This document shows positions 1 through 8,828 of a DNA stretch of 20,000 nt, one piece after another (position 1 is the first letter of the stretch; each line of letters opens with the position of its first letter). The notes below the pieces were generated by a model. It made no database searches. It saw nothing but the letters and a program-made list of their open reading frames with translations, and had not been told where the DNA came from. The stretch lies in contig JBDROZ010000053.1 of the NCBI GenBank assembly GCA_043809585.1, positions 44,290 to 64,289 of the forward strand, in the 5' to 3' direction. The DNA comes from Candidatus Eiseniibacteriota bacterium (GTDB lineage: Bacteria > Orphanbacterota > Orphanbacteria > Orphanbacterales > Orphanbacteraceae). A program made the position numbers and the translations under genes.

Positions 1-86
1 CCCGCCTCGCGCCCCGACTCCTCGCGACGCCCCCACCTCCGAACCACGAAAAAAGGACCACGGAAAACCCGGGAACTGAAGTGAGC

Positions 87-214
87 GGGGGACTGGCTCC
101 GCCCGAGCCCTTCGATACGGACCTTCGGTCCTACTCAGGACAGGCCTCCGGCGGAATACGGGGGACATGAACTCGTTTCGTGTCCCCCGTATTCCTCAGC
201 GGACCCTGTCCCCC
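87..214. repeat. Composite REP/BIME-like palindromic cluster, possibly also terminating the minus-strand operon
   Basis: Outer arms GGGGGACTGGCTCCGC (87-102) and GCGGACCCTGTCCCCC (199-214) enclose a GGACC-TTC-GGTCC hairpin (119-131) and a 19-bp-arm hairpin GGAATACGGGGGACATGAA-ctcgt-TTCGTGTCCCCCGTATTCC (153-195, one G-U pair). Confidence 0.65.
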
Positions 215-557
215 TCCGGGCGGGCATTGCACACGAGCACAACCATTCCAGAGTGCAAAAGAGGAGTCCAAGGAAGATGGAGCTGCGGGCTCGATGGAAT
301 CTCCCGGCACGATCATCGGTGGGGCGGGGGAGCGGCTTCGGGAGGGATAGAGGGGCAGGCTTGAACGCTCGTCGCACGGCGGGAGTCAACCCTCCCATTC
401 TCCGGGCTCGTAGAGAAGGCGTTGCGAAAGACGTCAACAACTCCCCGGTTATGCCCCCATCCCTCCCGAAGCCGGACCCCCGAACCGCCGCCTTCCGGAC
501 GGGCATTGCAGACGAGCGCAACCATTCCAGGGTGCAGAAGAGGAGTCCGAGGAGGAT
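215..557. repeat. Pair of 64-bp direct repeats (215-278 and 494-557) flanking a long inverted repeat (317-357 / 452-490)
   Basis: The copies align without gaps at offset 279 with 7 mismatches. The inverted-repeat core CGGCTTCGGGAGGGAT (333-348) pairs perfectly with ATCCCTCCCGAAGCCG (459-474). Confidence 0.8.
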
Positions 558-590
558 AGGCTCTGGAATGAGCACTATTCCCTATCTGTT

Positions 591-1064
591 TCAGTCGCCC
601 GCCGCCAGGTCGTCCCAGTACGCCTGCTGGATGATCTCGTTCTCCTCCGATTCGTGCCGCTTCAGCGTGAAGATCAGCATCTTCGTGCGGAGGGTGAGCT
701 CCCGGATCTGGGCGTGCACCGGATCGGTGGTCGACCTCGCCACGTCGAGCAATCCCCGGAGCTCCTGAACGATATCCTTATGCTCGCCGAAGAGCCGCTC
801 CAAGGGCCGGGAGAACCGAGGAAACTCGATCGGTACGTCCCGGTAGAGAGGGCTTTTCTCCTCCCCCTCGAAGTGGGGGGGGAGAATCGCTACGAGCGGT
901 TCGAGCCGCTCCCGGAGACATTCGGTCCACGAGTGATGGCAGTCGGCCGGCTCGTCGAGCCACTGTTCGAGGTCGCCGACCATCTTCGAGATCTCCTTGT
1001 GTTCTTCGAACGCCGCCTCCGCTTCGGCCTTGGCGCTCTTCCGGGGGGCGCGATCCGTGTTCAT
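591..1064 (-). CDS. Hemerythrin (HHE cation-binding) domain protein
   Basis: Helical protein with EEH...HFEGEE...GEH...HESEEN di-iron ligand spacing. AGGAGG lies 10 nt before ATG 1064 (alternative start GTG 1073). Confidence 0.85.
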   Translation of the reverse strand: MNTDRAPRKSAKAEAEAAFEEHKEISKMVGDLEQWLDEPADCHHSWTECLRERLEPLVAILPPHFEGEEKSPLYRDVPIEFPRFSRPLERLFGEHKDIVQELRGLLDVARSTTDPVHAQIRELTLRTKMLIFTLKRHESEENEIIQQAYWDDLAAGD

Positions 1065-1104
1065 GTCGGTCACCCCTCCTTCCTTGGCCCGGTCTTTCCC
1101 GGGA

Positions 1105-1284
1105 TCACCGGTTCGACCGGATGCGCATCGCTCCGTCCCTCACCTCGGCGGCGGCGGGCGTCTCCTTGCGGACGCTGTTGCTGCCGCATTCCAGGCAGGT
1201 ACGCTCCTTCACTTCTTTCGCCTCCACCATCAAGGGAAACCGGCTCTGGCACCGGAGACAGTAGAAGGTCACCTCTTCGGCCAT
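1105..1284 (-). CDS. Small zinc-ribbon protein (59 aa, CxxC-x17-CxxC)
   Basis: MAEEVTFYCLRCQSRF...RTCLECGSNSVRK. Its ATG overlaps the hdrA stop (TGATG) and is preceded by GGGGAG. It is the real C-terminal end of track ORF 1105..2868. Confidence 0.75.
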   Translation of the reverse strand: MAEEVTFYCLRCQSRFPLMVEAKEVKERTCLECGSNSVRKETPAAAEVRDGAMRIRSNR

Positions 1285-3785
1285 CACGATTTCTCCCCGG
1301 CCGCCACGGCCTCGGCGCCGGCCGACTTCTCGGCCGCCTTCGCCTTCCGCTTCTCCGCCTTCTCCCGCCTCGCCTTCATGAACTCGCCGACGATTTCCTT
1401 CGTTTTCTCCACCTCTTCGGCGTTGACCTGCTTCAGGAGTTCGTCCATCTGGTTCATGACCCGGGCGAACTTGGAGCCCTCGGCGGCGCTGATCCACTCG
1501 AGCTGGAGACGCTCCGGCCGGATGCCGAGCTTCTCCATCTGGTTCCAGATCCGTTCGATCCGCTGCTGGGTCCACGTCACGGCGTCGATGTAATGGCAGT
1601 CCGTGAAGTGGCAGCCCGAGACGAGCACCATGGGGGCGCCCTTCTCGAAGGCGTGCCATATGAAATCCTCGTCCACCCGGCCCGAGCACATGGTTCGGAT
1701 CAGGCGGACCGACGGCGGGTACTGGAAGCGGCTCGTGCCGCACGTGTCTCCGCCCGCGTAGGAACACCAGTTGCACGCGAAGGCGACCACCTTCTCCATC
1801 GCCCTGTCCTCCAGGATCGCGTCGACCTGGCCGAGGATCTGGGGGTCCGTGAAGTGGCGCATGGTGATCGTGTCGTTCGGGCACTCGGCGGAGCAAGTCC
1901 CGCACCCGGAGCACGCCGCCTGGACCACCATGGGGAACAGGTTCAGTTTCTTGTCGGGCGCGGTAATCGCGTGGTACGGGCAGACCCGCGCGCACCGGCC
2001 GCACAGGTTGCAGTCGTCCCGAACGATCTCGGCGGTGATCGCCTCGATCTTCACATGGCCCGCCGCGAGGAGCGCCCCGGCGCGGGAGGCCGCGGCGGAG
2101 GCCTGGGTGACCGAGTCCTTCACGTCTTTCGGCGCCTCCACGCATCCGGCGAAGTAGACCCCCCGAGTGGGGGCGTCCACCGGCTTCAGCTTCGGGTGCG
2201 CCTCGAGCATGAAGCCGTCCGACGTGGACGAGAGGGCGAGCAGCTCCTTGACCTTGTTGCGTCCGTTCTTCCTCGGAACCATCCCGGTGGAGAGGACGAG
2301 CATGTCGAGCTCGTACTTCTCGAGTTCGCCGGTCAGGGTGTTCTCGACGGTGACCACGACGTTTCCCGTTTCCGTCTTCTGGACGACGTGGCCGGGAAGG
2401 CCGCGGACATATCTCGTCCCCGCCTCCCGGCTCCTCCGGTAGAGGTCCTCGAACCCCTTGCCGAAGGCCCGGATGTCCGTATAGAAGACGTGGCAGACGG
2501 CGTCCCGGTAGTGCTCGGAGATGAGCAGGGTCTGCTTCACCGTGTTCATGCAGCAGATGTTCGAGCAGTACGGTTGGGCCCTGGCGGGAGAGCGGGAGCC
2601 GACGCACTGCACGAAGCCGATCCGCTTCGGCGTCTTCCGGTCCGAGGGCCGGATCATGTGGCCGCCCGTCGGACCGCCGGCGCAGATCAGCCGCTCGAAC
2701 TCCATCGCCGTGATCACGTTCTCGAAACGGGTGTAGCCGTACTCGTCCTGGTCCCGCGGGTCGTACACCTCCATTCCCGTGGCGACGACGATGGTCCCCA
2801 CCTCGACGTCCAGGAACTTGTCCGTGTCGTCGAGGTCGATGCACTTCTTGTCGCATGCCTCGACGCACTTCCCGCAGGCGATCGGATCGTTACCCAGGCA
2901 GTTCACCATGTCCAGGGCGTAGGCCGACGGTACGGCCTGGGGGAAGGGGAGGTAGATCGCCTTGCGGGACGACAACCCCTGCTGGTACTCGTCGGGCACC
3001 ACTTGGGGGCACACCTTGGCGCATTCGCCGCAGTTGGTGCACTCGCTCTCGTTCACGTACCGGGCTTTCTTCCGGATCCGCGCCCGGAAGTTGCCGACGA
3101 AACCGGAAACCTCTTCGACCTCGGCGTTCGCGATCAGTTCAATCTTCGGATGTCGACCGACATCCATCATCTTGGGGCCGAGAATTCATATGGAGCAGTC
3201 CATCGTGGGGTACGTCTTGTCCAGTGCGGCCATGAGTCCCCCGATGGACGGATCCTTCTCGACCAGGTAGACCTGGTTTCCCAGGTCGGCGAGATCGAGA
3301 GCGGTTTGAATTCCGGCGACGCCGCCGCTGATGACGAGGGCCGCCCCGGTGACGGGGAAGGTGGCCTCCTCCTGGGCCTGGAGTTTCGTCGCCCGGGCGA
3401 CGGCGCTCCGGACCAGGTCCTTCGCCTTGTCCGTCGCCCCCCGGCGGTCGTTCTGGTGGACCCACGAGCAGTGTTCCCGGATGTTCGCCATCTCCATGAG
3501 GTACGGGTTGAGGCCCGCATCGGCGACGCACGCCCGGAACGTGGGCTCGTGGATCTTCGGCGTGCAGGAGGCGATGACCACGCGATCGAGGTCGTGCTCC
3601 CGGATGGCCGACTTGATTTCGTTCTGTCCCGGATCGGCGCATGTGTATCGATTGCGGACCACCGCGACGACGCCGGGGAGGGTCTCGGCGAACTTCGAGA
3701 CCTCGTCGGTGTTGACCGTGCCGGCGATGTTCAAACCGCAATCGCACACGAAGACCCCGATCCTGGGTAGCTTCTGCACCATCAT
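1284..3785 (-). CDS. hdrA: Heterodisulfide reductase subunit A-like flavoprotein fused to C-terminal MvhD; selenoprotein (Sec200, TGA 3186-3188), 833 aa
   Basis: The N-terminal part (RIGVFVCDCGLNIAG, SCTPKIHE, ANIREHCSWVH) reads in frame through LDKTYPTMDCSI-TGA-ILGPKMMDVGRHP into ORF 1284..3170. That ORF has inserted and C-terminal ferredoxin motifs, QCVGSR...YCSNICCM, and an MvhD domain (CNWCSY, MCSGRV, GCHFTDCHY, WISAAEG). The start overlaps the upstream stop (ATGA). Confidence 0.93.
3148..3165 (-). promoter_or_regulatory. Putative bacterial SECIS element
   Basis: mRNA GGAUGUC-GGUC-GACAUCC is a perfect 7-bp stem with a GGUC apical loop, beginning 20 nt 3' of the in-frame UGA. Confidence 0.8.
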
Positions 3786-4984
3786 TCGCCTCCTTCGGCC
3801 GGGGCGGCCGCCATGGATCGCATCAGGGCCCCGTCGATCAGGACGGTGAGGTCCTCGGTTTGCATCCGTTTCCGCATCGGAGCGGTGCCTCCCAGGCTCG
3901 CGCGGCGCTCGTCTTCCGCCTGGGCGCATTGAAAGTGGATCATGCACTTCGGGCATGCCGTCACGAGCGTGCCGGCGCCCGTCGCCCGGGCGTCGGCGAG
4001 CCGCATCGCCTGAAGAAGCCTCGACTCGGCGTCGCAGTGCTGGAACCCGGCGGTGCCGCAGCATCGGGAGCGGAGGCCCGACAGCTCCATCTCCCGGAGT
4101 TGCACGCCCGGCAGGGAGCGAAGGACCTCCCGGGGCTCGTCGAGCACCTCCAGGTGCCGGGCGAGACGGCACGGGTCCTGGTAGGTGACGGTCTTCGCCC
4201 CGCCGTTCCACTCCCCGGCCTCCAGGCCGAGTTCCTTCCCCCGCTCCGCGACGAAGGCGGCCATGTGGACCACCTTCGGCTTGAACCCGGGAATCACTTC
4301 CTTGTAAGACAGCGAGAGGGTTCTCGCGCACTCGGCGCAGGTCGTGACGATCGTCATCGCCCCGGTGCTCTCGATGAGCGTGACGTTCCTCTCCGCCAGC
4401 TTCCGGAAGCTCGCCGGGTCCCCCGCCCAGAGGAGATCGTGGCCGCAGCAGACCTCCTCCTCCCGGACCACCGGCTCGATGCCGAGCCGGTTCAGGATCC
4501 GCACAGCGGAGCGGGCGATCTCGACCATCTTTACGTCGAGGTCCGCGTACACCTTGTCGAAGAGGGGCAGGCAGCCCACGAAGAGCATCACCTCCCCCTC
4601 CTTCTTGACTTTCAGGTCGGGCGTCAGCCACGCGAGCCGGTCCGGCCGGGACCCGCCCTCCGCCTGCAGGCGGGTGGCCTGGGCGAGGATTTGGTGATGG
4701 GGGCACGAGGCCCTCTCCTCCGGAGGAAGGGCGGCCCGGGCGTGCCGGACGAAGTCGACGAACGCCACCCCTTCCGGACACCTCTGCTCGCACGCGCCGC
4801 AAGTGAGACACTGCCGGATCAGGATCCGGCCGTCCTCTTCGAGGTCCGCGAGCGCCCGCGCGACGAGGCGACGGGGCGAATGCCCGTGGCTCAGTTCGGC
4901 GAGGGGGCACATGCCCGTGCACTTCCCGCATCCGAGACAGAGCGTCGCCTTCGTGCGGCGTGCCAGTTGGTCCAGGGTCATCAT
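3782..4984 (-). CDS. HdrD/GlpC-like (Fe-S)-binding oxidoreductase (HdrC-like 2x[4Fe-4S] plus two CCG domains)
   Basis: CLGCGKCTGMCP, CLTCGACEQRCP; FVGC...VCCGHD...TTCAEC; YQDPCRLAR...RCCGTAG...TACPKC. ATGA overlaps at both ends. Confidence 0.9.
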   Translation of the reverse strand: MMTLDQLARRTKATLCLGCGKCTGMCPLAELSHGHSPRRLVARALADLEEDGRILIRQCLTCGACEQRCPEGVAFVDFVRHARAALPPEERASCPHHQILAQATRLQAEGGSRPDRLAWLTPDLKVKKEGEVMLFVGCLPLFDKVYADLDVKMVEIARSAVRILNRLGIEPVVREEEVCCGHDLLWAGDPASFRKLAERNVTLIESTGAMTIVTTCAECARTLSLSYKEVIPGFKPKVVHMAAFVAERGKELGLEAGEWNGGAKTVTYQDPCRLARHLEVLDEPREVLRSLPGVQLREMELSGLRSRCCGTAGFQHCDAESRLLQAMRLADARATGAGTLVTACPKCMIHFQCAQAEDERRASLGGTAPMRKRMQTEDLTVLIDGALMRSMAAAPAEGGE

Positions 4985-7287
4985 GATCCTTCTCCCACGG
5001 TGACCTTCACCATTTCATCGATCGGCAGGGGATCCCCCTCCCGTCCTTCGGACCAGTGGCTCCGAATCCGATCGGGATCGAGGCCGCAGAGACCCAGCAT
5101 CGACCGCGCCAGCTCCACCTGGTCGACGGCGAGGCCCGCCCCCGACTCGAAGCGGCACCGGTCCTCCGCGCATCCGGCGACCATGACCCGCCGGGCCCCG
5201 TTCAGAATCAGTTTGAGAATGGTCCCCGCCTCGAGCTGGCCGACGCAGGAAAGGCGGAGAACCTCCACGCCGTCGCCGACGCTCTCGGAGGTCGGGCTGA
5301 GGCAGCCGCCCCGCCGCTGGCAGGTGATGATCACGTTCTCCGCCACCTTCCGGCCGGGGGCCGCCCGGTCGAGAATCCAGTTCTTCGAAAACGGCTCGAT
5401 CTCCGCCGCGCCGGTTTGGCAGACCGACACGCAGAGTCCGCAGCCCCGGCACTCCGTCGCGTCGACGAGGCTCACGGGTTCGCCTTCGGGTCCCATGACG
5501 AGCCGGGGGGCGCCGAAGGCGCAAATCTCGACGCACCGCCCGCAACCGCGGCAGAGGGCCTGGTCGATCCGGGACTTCACGAGTCCCACGCTGACCGGCG
5601 AGGGGAACGTGCGCCCCTCCGACTTCGCCTCGAATATCGCCTTCGCTTCCTGAAGCCTCGCCTCGGCGGGCATCCCTTCCCGGGGCGTGCGGAGAAGAAG
5701 ATCCACCGCCGCCTCGCGGCCGTTGGCGCCCACGGCGCTCCGGATCAGCACGTGCCGGCGGGCGCAGGTGGGAACGCAGGTCTGGCACTCCGAGCACGGC
5801 CCGCACCGGAGACAGCGGGAGGCCTCTTCGATCGCTTCCAAGTCGGAAAGGGCGAACTCGACCTCTTCGAAATTGTTCCTGTCCGTGACGGGCCGCTCCG
5901 GGTGAGGGACCCGGGGACGCCGCTCCGGCGGCGTGTCGGCGAGACCGAGTTCCCACTGCCCGCCCCGCTTCGGGAAGATCCGGTCGAGCGACGCGGGCCC
6001 CTCTTCGACGAGGCGGCGGATGGCCTTCGCGGCCCGGTGCCCCGCGGCGATCGCCTCGATCACCGTAGCGGGTCCGGTGACGACGTCCCCGCCGGCGAAG
6101 ACCGCCGCAATCCTGGTCAGCCCCGTGTCGTCGGAGGCGACCAGGTTGCCGCTCCGGTCTGTGGAGGTGTCGTATTGCTGGCCGAGGAAGGGCAGGTACG
6201 GCTCCTGGCCGATGGAGGAGATGATGGCGTCCGCCCGGAGAACGAACTCGGAGCCCGAGACCGGGATCGGCCTCCGCCGCCCGCTCGCGTCCGGCTCGCC
6301 GAGCCGGACCTCGAGACACTCGAGGCCGGTCACCCGTCCGTTCTCCACCTTGAGCGCGTTCGGGGCGGTGAGGAACCGGATGCCGATCCCTTCCGCCTCC
6401 GCCGCCCGGATCTCCTCCTCCGCGGCGGGCATCTCTTCCTTCGACCGGCGGTAGACGATATCCGCGCTCTTGGAGCCGAGGCGGAGGGCCGTCCGCGCCG
6501 CGTCGATGGCCGAGCTGCCGCCGCCGATCACGAGGACCCGTTCGCCCACCGGCGTCCGGTCCCCTTCGTTGGCGCGCTTCAGGAACGCCAGGGCGTCCTC
6601 GACACCCTGGATCTCGTGCTCGCCGGGAAGGCCGAGGCGCCGGCTCTTCATGGCCCCCACGCCGACGAATATCGCCTTGTGTTCCGCCAGGAGGTCTTGG
6701 AGCCCCATGTCCCGGCCGAGGGCGACGCCGGTCTTCACCTCGATCGGCGCGCCGAGCATCTGTTCGATCTCCCGGTCCAGGATGTCGGGAGGCAGGCGGT
6801 AGTCGGGGATGCCGTAGCGGAGCATCCCGCCGAGCTGGCTTTCCGACTCGAGCAGCGTCACTCGGAATCCCTGCCGGGCGAGGTCGTAGGCGACCGTGAG
6901 TCCCGCCGGCCCCGAACCGACCACCGCGACCCTCTCGCTCCGCCAGGGGCGGGGGAGGGGAGGGGGCGCCGGCAGGCCGAGCCCGTAGTCGGCGACGAAC
7001 CGTTTGAGCGCGCGAATCGAAACGGCGCCGTCCACGTTGTTCCGGCGGCAGACCGACTCGCACGGGTGGTTGCACACGCGGCCGCAGACGCCGGGAAGGG
7101 GGCAACGCTCGCGCACCACGCCGAGGGCTTCGGCGAAGCGCCCCTCCGCGATGAGCGACACGTACGCCTTCACGTTGACGCCGGCCGGACAGGCGCCGGT
7201 GCAGGGGGACGGGCTGATCCTCTCGATGAGGAGCTCCGACCCCTTCTCGAAGGTCAGTTTCGCTTCCTCGATAATCGACAATTCCAT
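4981..7287 (-). CDS. GltD/NfnB/SudA-like FAD/NAD(P)H oxidoreductase fused to ferredoxin and MvhD-like domains
   Basis: PCTGACPAG...CGRVCNHPCESVC (GltD-type Fe-S); VAVVGSGPAG (FAD); VIGGGSSAIDAA...VYRRS (NADP-type site); FAGGDVVTGP; CLRCGPCSECQTCVPTC; CRGCGRCVEIC and CRGCGLCVSVC; then ITC...LSCVGQL...VAGCAEDRCRF (MvhD-like). Confidence 0.88.
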   Translation of the reverse strand: MELSIIEEAKLTFEKGSELLIERISPSPCTGACPAGVNVKAYVSLIAEGRFAEALGVVRERCPLPGVCGRVCNHPCESVCRRNNVDGAVSIRALKRFVADYGLGLPAPPPLPRPWRSERVAVVGSGPAGLTVAYDLARQGFRVTLLESESQLGGMLRYGIPDYRLPPDILDREIEQMLGAPIEVKTGVALGRDMGLQDLLAEHKAIFVGVGAMKSRRLGLPGEHEIQGVEDALAFLKRANEGDRTPVGERVLVIGGGSSAIDAARTALRLGSKSADIVYRRSKEEMPAAEEEIRAAEAEGIGIRFLTAPNALKVENGRVTGLECLEVRLGEPDASGRRRPIPVSGSEFVLRADAIISSIGQEPYLPFLGQQYDTSTDRSGNLVASDDTGLTRIAAVFAGGDVVTGPATVIEAIAAGHRAAKAIRRLVEEGPASLDRIFPKRGGQWELGLADTPPERRPRVPHPERPVTDRNNFEEVEFALSDLEAIEEASRCLRCGPCSECQTCVPTCARRHVLIRSAVGANGREAAVDLLLRTPREGMPAEARLQEAKAIFEAKSEGRTFPSPVSVGLVKSRIDQALCRGCGRCVEICAFGAPRLVMGPEGEPVSLVDATECRGCGLCVSVCQTGAAEIEPFSKNWILDRAAPGRKVAENVIITCQRRGGCLSPTSESVGDGVEVLRLSCVGQLEAGTILKLILNGARRVMVAGCAEDRCRFESGAGLAVDQVELARSMLGLCGLDPDRIRSHWSEGREGDPLPIDEMVKVTVGEGS

Positions 7288-7308
7288 ATTCCCGTGACTC
7301 CCCCGCGC

Positions 7309-7875
7309 TTAGGTGGCGGCCTCGGCGACGCCGCCGGCGACCTTCTCGCCATGGGCGAAGCCGCTGTCGAACGCCTCCAGGTTCAGTCCTTCGCTGCCCG
7401 GAGGCACCGACTCCTTGATCGCTTCCCGGGCCGCTTCCCGGTCGACGACTCCGGTGACGGCGGCGAGGAAGCCGCACATCACCATGTTCGCGGCGATGCG
7501 CCTCCCGAGCTTCTCCGCGATGCGCGTGGCCGGGACGGCGAAGACCCCCCCTTTCTCCTCCCCCTCGAGGTGCACCAGGTCTTCGTCGACGAGGAGCTTT
7601 CCGCCCGGCGCGAGTTCGCCGTGGAACTTGGAGTACGCCTCTTGGGACATGCAGATCACGACGTCCGGCCTCCGGATATACGGGTAGTCCACCGGATCGT
7701 CGGACAAGATGAGCTGGGCGCTGCAGGCGCTCCCCCGCGCCTCGGGCCCGAAGCTCTGGTTCAGCGTCGCGTGGCGGCCTTCCTTGATCGACACCGCCTT
7801 TCCCGTCACGTAGGCGAGGAAGATGATGCCCTGGCCGCCGAAGCCGGATACCCGGAGTTCCGTCCTCTTACTCAT
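7309..7875 (-). CDS. korC: 2-oxoacid:ferredoxin oxidoreductase gamma subunit
   Basis: MSKRTELRVSGFGGQGII...QSFGPEARGSACSAQL...ANMVMCG. The ATG overlaps the beta-subunit stop (ATGA). It is the C-terminal 188 aa of track ORF 7309..8712. Confidence 0.92.
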   Translation of the reverse strand: MSKRTELRVSGFGGQGIIFLAYVTGKAVSIKEGRHATLNQSFGPEARGSACSAQLILSDDPVDYPYIRRPDVVICMSQEAYSKFHGELAPGGKLLVDEDLVHLEGEEKGGVFAVPATRIAEKLGRRIAANMVMCGFLAAVTGVVDREAAREAIKESVPPGSEGLNLEAFDSGFAHGEKVAGGVAEAAT

Positions 7876-8828
7876 GCCTCGCCCCCCCGGTCGATCAAGG
7901 CCCGGCGGTCCGCCGGCCTCATGTAGTACTCCTTGTTCAGGCCGTATTCCTTCCCGAGGGCCCTCTGCATGCTCGCGTCGAGGTTGTCGAGGAAGGTCGG
8001 CTTCTCGATGTCCACGAACTTGCCGAGGGTGATCTTTCCGCCGAAATCGATGTCCACCGACGAGGGATCGGCGCCGTGCCTGATCTCGCTCTTCGTCCGG
8101 TAGTACTCGAGCACGTCGATCGACGTGCCGAGCTTGTTCCGCCTGGTGTAGAGCGTGGGGCAGGGCGCGATCACCTCGACGAAGGAGAATCCCGGCTTCT
8201 CCATCGCCTCGTGGATCGAGTTGGTCAGCCGGCGGACGTGGAGGGAGGTCCACCGGGCGACATAGACGGCGCCGCTCGACGCCGCGAGGCCGGGAAGGTT
8301 GAAGGGGTGCTCGAAATTGCCGTAGGGCGTGGTGGTCGACAGGGCGCCGACCGGCGTGCCCGGGCCGAGCTGGCCGCCCGTCATGGCGTAGTTGAAGTTG
8401 TTGATGCAGACGATGGTCAGGTCGATGTTCCGCCGGGCGGCGTGGATGAAGTGGTTGCCGCCGATGGCGATCAGGTCGCCGTCGCCGGAGATCACCACAA
8501 CCTTGAGCCTCCGGTTGGACAGATGGAGCCCGGTGGCGAAGGGGATCGCCCGGCCGTGGGTCGTGTGGAACGAGTCGAGTTTGACGTATCCCGCCACCCG
8601 TCCCGAACAGCCGATGCCGGAGACGACCGCCACCTTGTCCAGATCGTACGCCCCCTTCTTGAGGGCGTCGACGAAGCAGGTGACCACCGTCCCGATGCCG
8701 CATCCGGGGCACCAGATGTGGGGAATCCGGTCCATGCGGAGGAACGGCTCCATCGGGTGGTCGAGGGGGGCGGCCGCGCTCTCGCCCGCGCTCGGGGGCG
8801 CTTTCGTGGTCGATCGATCCTCACTCAC
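7872..8828 (-). CDS. korB: 2-oxoacid:ferredoxin oxidoreductase beta subunit (TPP-binding)
   Basis: WCPGCG, VSGIGCSGR, HTTHGRA, GDGD-x-NNFNYAMTGGQ, APCPT. The GTG start overlaps the korA stop and follows GAAGGAG. Confidence 0.93.
   Translation of the reverse strand: MSEDRSTTKAPPSAGESAAAPLDHPMEPFLRMDRIPHIWCPGCGIGTVVTCFVDALKKGAYDLDKVAVVSGIGCSGRVAGYVKLDSFHTTHGRAIPFATGLHLSNRRLKVVVISGDGDLIAIGGNHFIHAARRNIDLTIVCINNFNYAMTGGQLGPGTPVGALSTTTPYGNFEHPFNLPGLAASSGAVYVARWTSLHVRRLTNSIHEAMEKPGFSFVEVIAPCPTLYTRRNKLGTSIDVLEYYRTKSEIRHGADPSSVDIDFGGKITLGKFVDIEKPTFLDNLDASMQRALGKEYGLNKEYYMRPADRRALIDRGGEA

Noticed and set aside
215-557. CRISPR array or tRNA (including tRNA-Sec)
   Set aside because: There are only two 64-bp repeats about 215 bp apart, no cas genes, and no cloverleaf or T-loop consensus.
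135-575. 146-aa minus-strand ORF containing the repeated peptide LGLLFCTLEWL
   Set aside because: The peptide repeat is just the DNA direct repeat (offset 279, in frame), and the rest runs through palindromes with no protein-like features. Not called, though not strictly excluded.
1284-3785. hdrA as a nonsense pseudogene or as two separate genes
   Set aside because: The stop is TGA at exactly a conserved Cys/Sec column, the frame is preserved, and a SECIS-like hairpin follows.
1105-8712. Full-length track ORFs 1105..2868, 3186..4931, 5015..7477 and 7309..8712
   Set aside because: These are Arg/Gly/Pro-rich off-frame reads overlapping real genes. Only the C-terminal parts of three are real (Zn ribbon, hdrA N-terminus, korC).
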